Notes: generated from the sequence alone by a model not told the origin. A DNA stretch of 64,000 nucleotides from Lama glama (GCA_028534125.1 CM052818.1:9116001-9180000), one strand, 5' to 3'. Positions 36,837 through 50,199 are shown, numbered from the stretch's first letter. A program made the numbers and translations.

Positions 36837-38199
36837 TACTTTACTTCTAATTGGCATTCTCCTCTGCATTCAGCTTTCTTAGCTCCAATAGTTTCTTTAT
36901 TCCCTTTCCTTCTCCCGATAAGAACACACATCTCTCATCCTGTATTGTCTATTTTGCACAGTCTTTGTGGGTTCTACATTTCCTCATTTCAGTGGGGTTT
37001 CAAAGGGAAACAAAATAAACACGTTCAATCTCAAGTTAAATCAAAAGTTACTTTGCAGAATATTTGTTTCTAAAACTATGAATTTTTAAAATCAATGATG
37101 CAGTCATAAAATATTTGAGTAATATGAACAAAAGATTCATGATATATCTGTGTTTCTTTTCAATTTCTTTTTTCTGATTAGAAAAGTAATGCTTGCTCAT
37201 TGTAATAATCCAAATGATACAGAAATATCTAACAAAGGGAGAGACTCTCATAGTCCTAACCCTCTAGCCAAAGTCATAGATTGGTCTTTAACAAATACAC
37301 TGTTCATTGATTCTACATTGGCAAAATACATGATAGGAAAAAAACAAGAGAAAGATAACATTAAAATATTAACAAGTTAACTCTGGATAGTGGGATTAAT
37401 GGATTTTCCCCTTCCTTTAATGTACCTAAATAAATCTAATTATTCATTCTTGATTATTTTTTAGTTAAAAAAGTGTAGTGTTAAATAAAAGCACCTGTTA
37501 CTTAAGATACGTGTAATTATATTCAAACTCTTTTTGCAATTTTTTAAATAAAAACTTTCATTTAAAACAACATTCCAGGAATAAAATAGCAAAAGGCTCT
37601 CTGATATCTACAAATTAAAAAAAAATTAATTATAATAAATAGTAGGCAATGGGTCAGTATAAACATGAAGTTTCCATCACTTAATTTTGTAATGTGTTTA
37701 TGACAAACAGGTACTTCAGCCTGAAGAGTTTCACAGACGAGCATTACACTTAATTTTTCCTTTGAACACCATTCACCAGATGGTCTGGAAATCTGGAAGC
37801 CTCACTCGATTTCCAGGCCCCCAGTGGAGGTATTACTCTCCCCAAACGTGATTTCCTGTTCACTCTCTGGGACTTTAAATGCTATAGACTATTACAGCAC
37901 AGCTACTAATTAATCACCATAAAATTAGACAAGTAGCCAAAAGGTACAGAATCAATTTTACAACACTGTTTATCGATTGTTTTCAATATTCGAAAGTAAC
38001 ACATCAGGGATCCACTTTCCACAGGGAATTCACAAAGACTGCCTTAAAATACCTCAAGTCAACATTTCTACCTACACGCCCTATTGATACCTCAAACCCA
38101 AGGTCCATTTATTTTGAATGATAATCATTCAAAACTTGGGTTTTATCAACCCCCACCCCAAGCACAAGCATAGTCATGTCTATCTAGTTCCCAATAACC

Positions 38200-39240
38200 A
38201 GGACGGTGACCCTCACGAGTATCGGGAGGGTGTGAGCCTGATCACGTCCCAAGCTTCCCCATCTCCTAACAGTCTCCCATGGCCGCTTCGCAGCTCCAGC
38301 GAGGTCTAGCGCGGGGTGTTCGAGACAGTCGGTCCCTCCACTCCTGCTTCCCCGCACAGGCCTTCCCCTGCCCTTAGCTACGCAGGTAGAGGCCAGCATG
38401 CGAGCCGACCTTTCATCCGGGCCCTGGCCTCTCCCTTCTCCTCTGTCCCACGCCCGCCGCAGGCCCGGCCTCGGCGGAAAGCCTCGCTTGACTCAGGCGC
38501 CCCGTTAATTATGCGTGTGAGAAAGATTAACCCGCTTCATCCCTCCAGCCAGGCCTTAATCAAAACCCTCGCTCCGCCCAGTCCCGCGGCGGGCGCACCC
38601 ACACAGACAGAGTGGGACAGACAGGCCCACCGGTGCGCCTCTGCGCACGCGCGCGGCCCCACCCCGCCGCCCGCGGCGCGCCCGGCCTGAGGAACAGCGA
38701 CCCAATCAGAGCGTGCCTTGCCTCTACGCCCCCGGCTCCGGCGCGCGCCCGCCCTCCTTTCAGGGTTGCCTTAAGACACAATAGTCGGCTAGCGCACGTT
38801 CTCCTCGCCGCCTTCCCGTAAGTCGTCCCTCATAGGAATGGCCTTCCCAGGGGTGACGTCAAGCCCCTCCGGAGTGAAGGGAAGCGGCGGGTGCAAGGGA
38901 GAGGGAGACGAGGAAGACTTTGATTTTCGATAAAAAAAATTTCACCTTCTCCATCTCCCCCGCATACATCTGAGGATAGAATGGCTCTAGGCCGCGCCAA
39001 TAGTTGATGCTGTGTGTGTGGTAAAGGAAAGAGATTAGTTTTTATTATGAATAGTAACAGTTCTTCATCCTGAGGTAGTGCGTGGTCCGTGCGTTACCCA
39101 GGATCCTCCGGGGCCCGCGCGGCGTGTTTCCGGTCGCTCCCCCGGGAGCTGCAGGGCGGGGCTCGGGCTTCCGCGAGCGTGTTTTCCCGGCCCCCGGCCC
39201 AGGGGGATCTTCTCCCCGTCCCCGTTTCCCGCCGCAAATT
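38200..39240. promoter_or_regulatory. CpG island with promoter motifs
   Basis: Sharp GC/CpG enrichment against an AT-rich background. TGACTCA 38489-38495, GC box ctccgccc ~38572, NRF1-like tgcgcacgcgc 38642-38652, CCAATCAG 38702, perfect CRE TGACGTCA 38854-38861, E2F-like tttcccgcc 39225-39233. Confidence 0.85.
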
Positions 39241-39445
39241 AAGTTTCTTTGTATTTTGTGATTGTCAGAAGAACACTTCTTTTTAAAAAATGCCTGCTCC
39301 CTGCAAAACTGTCCAATAGTAAGTACATAAACGTATATAAAAGAAAGTTAAACTCACCCACAGTCTCATCACCAAAAAGTAAAGGGAGTGACATAGTGCT
39401 GCATAAACTTGGAGACTTTCCATATATACACGTAAAACTTTGTAA

Positions 39446-39586
39446 CTTTTTATTTATTTATTATTTGGGGGGGGTAGGCAATGTTTTTTATTTGCTAATT
39501 TTTAATGGAGGTACTGGGGATTGAACCCAGGACCTTGTGCTTGTAAGGCACGAGGTCTACCACTGAGCTATACTCTCCCCGCCCCC
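39446..39586 (-). mobile_element. Vic-1-like SINE
   Basis: ggaggtactggggattgaacccaggaccttgtgc...tctaccactgagctatactctcccc. Confidence 0.9.
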
Positions 39587-39808
39587 AAACTTTTTTTTAA
39601 TAGAAAAATGTGAGCGTGTTATGTTTCCCAATAATGTCTCATATCTTTCCAGATAAAATAGATTACATAATCATTTTTATGGCTGTATGATTGTAATGGC
39701 ATTTAATGGTTGTACGGATATAATTTGTTCAACCAATCCCTAAATTATTGGACTTTTAGGGTGTTTACAGTTTTTCACTTGTGCAAACAATACTGGATGA
39801 CTATTCTT

Positions 39809-39941
39809 GTTTGGATTTTTTTAGGGTGGGGAGATAATTACGTTTATTTATTCATTTTTAATGGCAGTGCTGGGGATTGAACTCAGGACGTTGTGCATGC
39901 TAGGCATGGGCTCTACCAGTGAGCTACACCGTCCCCTCTTA
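39809..39941 (-). mobile_element. Vic-1-like SINE
   Basis: gtgctggggattgaactcaggacgttgtgcatgctaggc. Perfect 13-bp TSD gatgactattctt at 39796 and 39942. Confidence 0.92.
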
Positions 39942-41469
39942 GATGACTATTCTTACAGATAAATTTGCACATATCCCTGATTTATTTCCTTACCATAAAT
40001 TCATAGAAATACAATGACTGGATCAAAGGGAATGTACACTTGTAAAATTCTAGATTTTGTTTCCAGACTTTTCCCTTGAAAAATACTTTTGCACCAACAT
40101 ACTATGTGAATGACAGCTGTCTTCCTTTCTTTGCTAATCTTGAGTATTGTTAATCTTTGTGATCCTTATCACCTTTAAAAATGTCTGAAACATAATCACA
40201 AATATTTTCTCTATTTTTTAATTCATATTTTAACATGGCCTATGGTGTTTATTTGCTGAGTGAAGTTTTTCTTTATTTTTGTTTTCTTTTTATAGCTTCC
40301 ACCCAATTAAACTTTTATTGGAGGGGTTAAAGGGAAGTATAGTAAGAGAACATATGATGCCAGATGGACTAAAATGGCAAAGAATACAATTCATGGTGAA
40401 GTTATTTTGTTATCAGTTTCAATTAAAATGAAAAAAAAGATTCTTTGTAGATCTCAAGAAAACAATACTAAAATTCACTTGAAAAAAAGTAAATGGTCAC
40501 AACCTTTAAAGAAAGTTATTAAAAAAGGGGAGAGAAGCAGAGAGGAGGAGAATGGACTATGCTGACATAATGTGTGGACTGAATAGAAAGAATAAGGAGT
40601 GCAAGAAAAACACATGATAAGGTTATATAAAATGTATACCATAAATTTATGTATGTACAGTTTTGTGTTATGTGAAAACTTTATATAGAATTAATCAGAA
40701 TCAGAACCCATAAATAAGTGCAAATGAGTAGAAGTTTAAAGAGATGTGATCGTCATTGTGAAGTTTTTCATTTCATGTAGGTCTTTTCCTTTATGTGTGT
40801 TTCCAACTTTGATGTCATGCTTACCTGTACGTGTTTTCTTCTAACATTTTTAGGCATCCTTTAAAATTTTTTTTCAATATTTAATCCTTCTGAAATGTAC
40901 TTAAGAGGAGGAAAAGACAAATCTAGCTTGATTTTTATTTTTTCCTCTAAACGACTTGCTGGTTGCCTTACACCATTTGTTGAATATTCAGTCTTCCGTG
41001 TAGATTTAAAATTCTGTCTTTATCCAGTACTAAATTTCCATGTGTACTTTATTTTCTGTTCCATTGATTTGTTATTGGACAATAATATTACTGTTTTAAT
41101 ATACTTTTAAATTATTTTTAAATTTCTGGTAGGGAACTCCCTCTTTAATAGTCTTCCTTTTCAGAGTTTTTTTTTTTTAAGAATTGTCTTTTTAAAATAT
41201 ATTTGATATGTATAGAAGAAAAATTTGTACTATATGTATGTTAAAAAACATAGTATGAAACAAACTGCCAATATAAGATCTGGAACGTGAACAATAACTT
41301 GCATCAGTTTATGTGTTCTTCCCATTCTACCTGTAAGCCTTCTTCTCCATAGATAGGTTATTTCTTCCGTAGTAGCTTTAAAATTATTTTGTCAAATTTA
41401 TACAGTTGTGATTTTGGTTGAAATTGCCTTAATTTTACAGATTAATTTAGGGAAAATGGCCACTCATTT

Positions 41470-41965
41470 TGCCTGTACCACTCCCTCATGTGTCAATCTG
41501 TATCTTTATCCCTTATTAGTGAGCAAATACCCACTTAACCCTCCCCTCACCTCTATAGCTGATTAGACCAAGAGTAGGTAGAAAACTGATTCAGGCTGGT
41601 TCATTCAGATTCTCTCTCCCAGAAATTTGCAATTAGTCTTACCTAATCTCTTGACCTAGAAAGTGACGATACAAGGGTAGAGCAGGGAGAGATGTTTGAC
41701 CCACGTGCACATAGTACGGAGAAAGCAGGCCTGTAGAGTGGCAGACGCACAGAGAAGCAGTTAGGAAGCCATGTGGTCCTAGAAGACAGTGATGGGATAG
41801 TTGCCTGGGGTTCTGGGGCCTTCAAGGTCCTAGTTTGCCCTGCTAAGGTCCTACTGCCCTTTCTGCTCTTGGGGATCTACACAAGGTACCTCTCTTCAAA
41901 TAAATTTCCCTCTCAGTTTAAGCTCACCTGAATGATTTCTCTTCCTTTTGAAACCAAACATGCTG
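41470..41965 (+). mobile_element. LTR16-like ERVL LTR
   Basis: gctgattagaccaag...caggctggttcattcagattctctctcccagaaattt; aataaatttccctctcagtttaagct. Confidence 0.6.
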
Positions 41966-42476
41966 TCTAAAAATATATGGCTATTTATCCAAGTTTTTAA
42001 AAGTTTCCCAGTAGCATTTTCTTCACATAGACTCTGTACATTTCTTGTCCAGTTCATTCCTAAATATATTTTACATTTTTTTTTTGCTCTTTACAGTGAT
42101 AATAGCTGTTACTGTTGTCCTCTTTACATTTTAATCTACAAGAATTCTACTTTCGTCAGTTGAGTCTGCCAAATGTCAATGGCTTGTAAATGTGACATTA
42201 GTCTTTCAGATGTGTTTCAAAATGTACATTTCCCACTTGAAATTTTTTTTAGTTCTATACTTTGAGCTCTTCTGCTGATGATTCATTGGAGGATGATGAT
42301 GATTCATCTGATGGAAACAAGCCACAAGGATCCCAAAGAAGCACAGAATTTCCTATAACCTGATTTAAAAAGAAAGTATCATATATGAATAGAAACACTG
42401 AGTTGATAGCAATATTTAGCTAATGTTAAAACAGATAAAATCTGTTTTATCTTACTCTTTTATCTTATTCTCAATA

Positions 42477-42821
42477 TAGGCACATAATCCTTTATCCAAA
42501 CCCTTTGGGCCAAATGTGTTTGAGAACTCAGCATTGTTGGGATTTTAGCCAGGAATGTATTGCATATATCGTATTTTCTGTAACATCTCCTTGGGGTCTG
42601 GAGCAGCATTTTAGAATCAAATGTGTTAATATTCGTGCCACAAAAATGCACTAGTATTAACAGTAATTTGGATAAATAATGGCTGTATAACCGATATAAT
42701 AGTCATACATCTGTTTGAGTCAGACTTCGCTGCTAAATGGGTTTGCCTTAAACCTGTGAAAAGCTTTAGGTTTCTAGAGCTTTTTTGGATTTTGGAATTT
42801 TAGGTAATGGCTTATAGACCT
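42477..42821. mobile_element. MER46C-like (Tigger4 family) MITE
   Basis: aatcctttatccaaaccctttgggccaaatgtgtt ... tttttggattttggaatt...gacctg. Confidence 0.75.
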
Positions 42822-43518
42822 GTGCAAGCAAATGTGTTCAGATTTCAACATCTGGACATCACTGAGGGTCAGTTAAAGAGTTCTTTGAAGTCCTGGCTGT
42901 GTTAGATAGTTTTGTGGTTTGGGGTGTTTAGTCTGAAGGCAAAACAGTACACTTTTAGAAGAACAAAATACAGACTTAGAAGTAATTGTTGAAAAAATAC
43001 GGGGTAAAGTATCTTAACTTACATTCTTGACCTACATCATCAGTCATTATTTCAGTATGTGGTGTTTTGGTTGAAAAGAATTGCAGTAAACACTAACACT
43101 TCCTAGGAAATCATAACATAAAAAATTGCCATGTTTTTCCTCAAGCCTATTGATGAAGGAATCCTTGGTGTTTTCATCTTTTATTTATAGCACATAGAAG
43201 TACTTCCTTCTAAATGTCCTGTGACTAAAAAAATAATGTTTCAGTTGAGCCTCTTAACATATCATAATTAAGGAACCTATCCAGTCATCATATTCATTGA
43301 GTGCTTATTCTGTGTCAGCCTGTGCTAAGTGCTGAGGATGTAGTTTGGTGGGAGAGAAGCACACATAAATAGGACATAATAATATTATGTGGTAAGTGAT
43401 GTGATAGGAGAAGTACAATGTGCCATGGAACTCCATGTTCTGGGGGAGGGAAGGACTGAAGGTTAAATAAGAAATTAGGCAAGTGAAGTGGGGAGGGAAA
43501 TAAAAAAATGTTCTCACG

Positions 43519-43710
43519 GAGTGATTTTCCAAGTGTGGCTCAGGGACCAGTAGCATCAATATCATCTGGGAATTTGTCAGAAATACAGATTCTCAGGCCT
43601 TATCACAGACCTACTGAATTGAAAACTCTAGGGGTAGAGCCTAGCAATTTGTTTTAATAAACCTGGTCATCTGGGTGATTCCGATGCACACTAAAGTTTA
43701 AGAACCACTG
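43519..43710. mobile_element. MER5A (hAT-Charlie)
   Basis: agggaccagtagcatcaatatcatctgggaa...agacctactgaat...aagtttaagaaccactg. Confidence 0.9.
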
Positions 43711-44029
43711 TTCTAAATGGCAACCATGAAAAAAATCAGAGCACATAGGCAATCTGCTATAAGTGACAAGATGTTCAGTGTAACTGAATGGTGTTCACTG
43801 TTTTGTGTATCTGGGTGGGAGTGGTATGGCAGAGTTGGGTGGGTCAGGGAAGTGAAAGGCAAGGCTGGAAAGGTAAGCATGCTTCATTTAGTCTTATAGG
43901 TCATGTTGAAGAGTTTGGACTTACTTTATTCAACAAATGTTCATTGTGTGTCTACATTACAAGTAGAGTGTACAAAATGGATTCCCTGCTCTCAGGGAAC
44001 TTTGCCTAATAAGCAAAAAAATGCTTTGA

Positions 44030-44422
44030 CACCACTTGGATGAATCTCCAAGGAATTATGCTGAGTGAAAAAGGCCAATCCCAAAAGGTTAACACTGTAT
44101 GATTACATTTATTTAACATTCTTGAAATAACAAAACTATAGAAATGGAGAACAGATTAGTAGTTGCCAGGGGTTAAGGAGGGAGTGGAGGTTGGAGGGTG
44201 GTTGATGTGGATGTAAAATCACAACATGAATCCCTGTGGTGATGGAATTGTGGAAATATTCTGTGTCTTGATTGCATTGGTGTCAGTATCCTAGTTGTGA
44301 TATTGTACTGTAGTTTTGTAAAATGTGACCATTGGGGGAAACTGAGTAGAGGGTACATAGGATTTCTCTGTTATTTCTTTCAAGTACATATGAATCTACA
44401 GTTATTTCAAAATAAAAAAATT
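44030..44422 (+). mobile_element. L1MB-like 3' end
   Basis: ggatgaatctccaaggaattatgctgagtgaaaaagg...aaatggagaacagattagtagttgccagggg...aaaataaaaaa. Confidence 0.85.
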
Positions 44423-44449
44423 TTTAGTGCTATGAATAATAAATAAATT

Positions 44450-45620
44450 ATTTTATGTGGGATAATTAGGGAAGGACTAACTGATAAAGAAGTTAAGGCA
44501 TTACATAGGAATAGCTGGAAAATACTAGAAGTACAAAGGCCCTAAGATAGAGTGTGCTTGGTGTGTGTGAGAAATAGCAAGGACTGCATTGTGGATACAG
44601 TTGGTTGAGCAAGAGAGAACAGTAGGAAATGAAATCAGAGAGTTGCTGGGGATGGTGGTGGTGGAAATGCTATATAGGGGCTGATAGGTCACAAGGACTT
44701 TTCATTTCATTCTGAGTAAAATGGGAAGCCACAGGATACTTTTAAGCAGAAAAAATAATAATCTAACTTACATTTTAGAAGTGTTGCTTCAAGGGATAAA
44801 AAACTGACTGAGTGAAAGGGGTATGAGATGACTGCAGCGGCAGAGGAGGAGGTAACAATAAATAGTGTGATTGGTAGTATAGCTGATTGGATGGTCTCAT
44901 GAATTGGATGCATGATGTGAGAGGAGAGGAGTCAAGAGTGATTCCAAAGCTTGTGCCTGAGCCAGTGGAAGAATGGTGTTACTACTTTTATGAAATGGAG
45001 AAGATGAAGGAAGAGTAACATAGGGCAAAAGATAAGCAGTTTAGTTTTGGGCTTGTTTAAATGCCTATAGACATCCAAATAGAGACGTCAGATACCCTGT
45101 TGGACATGTATACATGTCTGTAGTTTGGGTGGGTGTTGGGCTAGATTCATGAATTTGGGAGATAATAACAAATAAATGACATTTAAAGTCATGGACTGAA
45201 TGGGAATTTCAATGAGTGAATGTATGTGGATAAGGAAGAAAAGAAGCTTATGCAGTGACACTCCAATTTTTAGAGATTAAGAAGATAAAGGAGAACTCAA
45301 AAATATGTAGAGAAAGAATGGCCACTGAGGCAGAAGGAGAACCAAGGAGTGGGGTGTCTCAGGGATCTAGTGATAAAACTTTTTCAGGAAGAAGAAACCA
45401 ACTAGTAAGTCAGTTGCTACTGATAGGTGGAATGTGATAAGAGCTGAGATTTGTCCTTGAGATTTGACTGCATGAAGGTCATTGGTGATTCTCGTAAGTA
45501 CAGTTTTGATGACACAGTGGGAGGAAGAACTGATTGGAGTGGGCTCAAGAGAGAAAGGAGAGTCAGTGGAAAGTAAGTATAGACAATTCTTTGGAAGAGC
45601 TTTGATCAGGGGAGAGGAGG
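44450..45620 (-). mobile_element. L2 fragment
   Basis: ttcattctgagtaaaatgggaagcca, gagaggagtcaagagtgattccaa, agacatccaaatagagacgtca. Confidence 0.8.
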
Positions 45621-45948
45621 TGCAAAAAGAGGCAGTAGCTCTATCTGAAGAACAATGGGAAGTCCATGAAGAACTCTTGGTGTCTACCCTTTCAAGGACA
45701 GTTTAAAATACATGATATGAATGCTTTGTTAATGTGTCTCCATTAGCTATTACATGCCAAAAAGAGTAATTGTGTTATCTAGTGTCTTAATTTTATGTGA
45801 AAGAAACATGAAATAATGTCATTGAAAATGAATAACAACTATTTAAAGAATATTGGCTATCAGATTTTGATTATCTGCTTTAAGTAATAAGAGATTTGTT
45901 CTATGCCTTTGTGTGCATTGTATGTGTGTGTGTGTATGTATGTATATA

Positions 45949-48900
45949 CGGTTAACTCTGGACAACTTGGGTTTAAACTGTAAGGGCCATTTATACATGT
46001 ATTTTTTTCAGTAAACATACTGGAAAAATTTTTTGGAGATTTGTGACAATTTGAAAATAACTCGCAAAGTGCGTAGCCTAGAAATATCAAAAAAAAGATA
46101 AAGGTAAGTCATGAATGCATAAAATATATATAGATACTAGTTTATTTTATCATTTACTACCATCAAATATATACATGTCTGTTATAAAAAATTGAGATTT
46201 ATCAAAACTTATACAAACACTTATACTATACATGGCACTATTCCCAGTCCAGAGAAAGTTAAACAAATGTGAAAATGCAGTCTTAAATCATAACTGTATA
46301 AAATTAACTGTAGCACATAGCGTACTACTATAATAATTTTGTGGCCACCTCCCGTTGCTATAGTGAGCTCAAGTGTTGCAAGCATCCGCTTAAAATGCTG
46401 TGTGACGCTGTGTGGTGCTAATCATCTTCATGTGAGCAGTTGTCTAGTAAACTGCATTTTGCAGTAAAAAGTGGTTTTTGAGTATTTTTCATCATGTTTA
46501 TAGCAATACCATAAGCCTTGAATAACACTAGCGACCTGTACAAAGTGCCGCTAGTGATCCTGGAAGTGTTCCCAAGAAGCACAGAAAAGTCATGACACTA
46601 CAAGAAAAAGTTGAATTGCTTGATATGCAGCATAAATTGAGGTCTGCAGCTGTGGTTACCCACCATTTCAAGTTAAATGAGTCCAGTGTAAGGACCACTG
46701 TAAAAAAGAAAAGGAAAGAAAGTTCATGAAGCAGTTGCTGCAGCTATAAAAAACATTAGTAGCTGATACAAAACCTTGCACTTTTTGTGAAACATCTTTT
46801 TGTCTCGTATTGAAAATGCAGCTTTTATGTGGGTGCAGGATTGCTCTAAGAAAGGCATCCCTATGGACTCTAATATGATTGAAGAAAAAGTGAAGTCATG
46901 TGATAACTTAAAGCAAAAGCAAGGTGAAGGATCTAAAGCTGGAGAATTCAATGCCAGCAAAGGATGGTTTGATAATTTAAAAAAGAAGTTTGCGTTTAAC
47001 ATGTCGAAATAACATGTATACGAGAAGTAGCTTTTGCCCACCGAAAGACAGCAGACGAATTCCCAGATACCATTAGGAAAATCATTAAGGAGAAAGGCTA
47101 TCTGCCTGAACAGGTTTTTAAAGCAATCAAAAGTGCCCTATTCCTAAGGGGGAAAAAATGGACATTTATTAGTAAAGAAGAGACATTTATTAGTAAGGAA
47201 GAGAAGTGAGCACCAGCATTTAAGGCAGGAAGGGATTGGCCAGCTCTACTGTTTTATGCACAGGTCTTTGGTTAGGACTGCCCTTATCTATAAAGCTGCT
47301 AACTCCTGAGCCCTGAAGGGAGGAGATAAACACCAGCTGCCGGTCTTTTGGTTGTACAAGAAGAAGGCCTGGACAACCAGAACCCCTTTTCTGGATTGGT
47401 TCCATCAATACTTTGTCCCTGATGTCAAGAAGTGCCTTGCCAGTAAGTGGCTGCCTTTTAAAGTTCTTTTGATATTGGACAATGTCCCTGGCTACTCACA
47501 ACCCCACGAGTTCAACACCAAAGACCTTGAAATGGTCACTTGCCCCCAAACACAACGTGTCCAATTCAGCCTCTAGATCGGGGTGGGGGGTCTTAAAGAC
47601 CTTTCAGGCTCATTATACATAGTACTTTATGGAAAGGATTGTTAATGCTATGGAAGAGAGCCCCAATAAAGAGAACATCATGAAGGTCTGGAAGGTTACA
47701 CCAGTGAAGAGGCCATTGTTGTTACAGAAAAAGCCATGATAGCCATCAAGCCGGAAACAAATTCCTCCTGGAGAAAACCACGTCCAGATGTGCATGATTT
47801 CACAGGATGTACGACAGAGGCAATCAAGGAAATCATGAAAGAGACTGGATGCAGGAAAAAAAAAAAGGTGGAATGAGGGGTGAAGAGTTTCACAGTACGG
47901 ATCTGGGGAATTAACAGAAGACAACTTGATGGAGATGACTGCTTCCGATCCAGAGCCAATGAGGAAGAAGATGTAGAAGAAACTGTGCCAGACAACAAAT
48001 TGACATTAGATAATCTGGCAGAAGGGTTCCCATTACTCAGGACTGCTTTTGACTTCCTTTATGACCTGGATCCTTGTGTGATACAGATACTGAAACTAAA
48101 GCAAATGGTAGTTGATAACCGCATAGAAACAGTTTTAGAGAAAAATGAAAAAGCAAAAAGTCAGACAGAAATTAGTGTATTTCCTTAAAGTTACACTGGG
48201 TGTGCCTGCCTCTCTTGCCTCCCCTTCATCTCCAAGTCTTCCACCTCTGCCGCCCCTAAGACAGCAAGAACATTCCCTCTGCTTCTTCCCATCCCCCTTC
48301 CCCCAGCCTACTCGACATGAAGACAAGGATAGAGACCTTTATGATGATTCACTTCTACTTAATGAAAAGTAAATAATCATTAAGCTAATAGTAAGTTGTC
48401 ATTAATATAATAAACTTACCTTTTGTGTATGTGTGTGTGTGTTCATCTGAAAATCTATTAACTGTAGGGCAAGAACTATATGAGACTTTTGTGTCATTAT
48501 CATCATAATATTCATTGATAGAATATTGTGTGCAAAGCGCATACTGGATAGCCTATCCTTACATAAGCATATGGTGAGTGATGTTTAATGCAAAATTAAT
48601 AATATATTACTTTTTTTTTTACTATTTTATAACTTTGCTCTTAGAGAATTACATTGCATATAGCCTCTGTCTCCCTCTCTCTCTCTGGTAATTGGAGAGA
48701 CCATGTATCAGCCTGTCATAACAGGTAGGTGGTTTTTTAAAAATGTCACAGTTTCCAATACTGTATTATGAATATGACTATAATACTGTATGCCATGAAA
48801 TTTGCATAATGGTTTATTCATTAGTGTTATGCTAGGCTACTGTGAGTCAATCGTATTGATTACACTAGGCTACCATGAAGTAATCATATTACTTCTTCAT

Positions 48901-49351
48901 TCAATGCATGAATTGTTATACCTGTGAATAAATATGAATTTTTTTCATATTTTATTTTTATTTTTGATATCTAATATTAGTAATGTGTATAACATCTACA
49001 GTGTTTTGATTCATATGAAACAATATGATGTAGGTACTGACAGTGCTTATAAACAGACATAACTTACAATATTAGTAAATAGAGTACAGTACTGTAAGTG
49101 TATTTTCTCTTCCTTATGATTTTCTTAATAGCATTTTGTTTTCTCTAGCTTACTTTAGTGTAAGAATACAGTATATAATACATATAACATACAAAATATG
49201 TGTTAATTGACTGTTTATGTTATCTGTAAGGCTTTAGGTCAACAGTAGGCTATTAGTAGTTAAGTTTTGGGGAAGTCAAAAGTTATATGTGGATTTTCTA
49301 CTGCATGAGGGGTTGGTGTCCCTAACCCTTGAATTGTTTAAGGGTCAAATA
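45949..49351 (+). mobile_element. Full-length Tigger2-type (pogo/TcMar) DNA transposon with disrupted transposase
   Basis: TA|cggttaactctggacaac ... ttgtttaagggtcaaata|ta TIRs (Tigger2-type CAGTTGACCCTTGAACAA). Transposase pieces: RKVMTLQEKVELL (CENP-B N-terminal HTH), FNASKGWFDNLKKK (Tc5 HTH), KVLLILDNVPG (DDE_1). Multiple frameshifts. Confidence 0.92.
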
Positions 49352-49699
49352 TATTTTTGTATGTGTAATATATTTTATATATATATATATATACACATGC
49401 AAAAAGAAACCCTTTAATGTAGATTTACATTAAAATATTCCTTGGTTCCGGAAAGAAATACAGAAGTGAAATCAGTTTTAGTAATTGTTCTCCAGTCTAG
49501 ACCATTATGTTAGCTGGAATTCTACTTTTAATGGACTAGTCTCTTAAAAGATACAGATGTAAAAACTAGAGATGTGGGAGAGGGAGATCCTGAGAGATAG
49601 GAGTTTTGGACATTTCTGCCATTTGGGCTTAATAGTATATAAGCCAGTTTTCAGGGAAAATAGTTACATGTAACATTTGCCAAGAATTTACTGTCTAAC

Positions 49700-49812
49700 T
49701 ACCAGGTTCTGTGCAGAGAAGTAACCTGCACAAAGCTCTGTAAGTATATAAGTGGAAGAGGTGGAATTTGAACCCAGGCAGTCTGCCTCCGGAGCCCAGG
49801 AGCTTCCCCACC
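49700..49812 (-). mobile_element. MIR fragment
   Basis: ggaatttgaacccaggcagtctgcctcc. Confidence 0.75.
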
Positions 49813-50199
49813 ACCCTCAGCAGATAAAGAATAAGCAATTGAGAGAACAAATGGCATGAGTACTGTTTAAAGTTGCTTAGCAGAAAGCAAAAAAGGGAAG
49901 CCATTATAAGACAAAACAAAGCTGGTTGCCTCCCAGAACCCAAGGGCAAGGTCTCTGGAAGGACTATGAATTGGTGATTCATCATGGGCAGGGTGTTCTC
50001 ATTCCCAAATGGCAGACTTTATATAGAGTAGCAGTATATGTTTGGGGCTTCTACAGATAAAATGTTTTCTCTTCAATTATGTTCTTTTCCATAAATGTAC
50101 AACGGTATACAACAGGGACGAATAACATACAAAAGTATAAACTTTCTTCAAGTATTAGAGAAGCAGCACCAGCATAGGAGTCTGAATATTTGGTTTTTG

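Noticed and set aside
38184..39286. Pro/Ala/Arg-rich ORFs in the CpG island
   Set aside because: Expected from stop-codon scarcity in GC-rich DNA; no domain signal.
46540..48190. Domesticated TIGD/CENP-B-like gene
   Set aside because: Multiple frameshifts and stops, a decayed catalytic motif and retained TIRs indicate a dead transposon copy.
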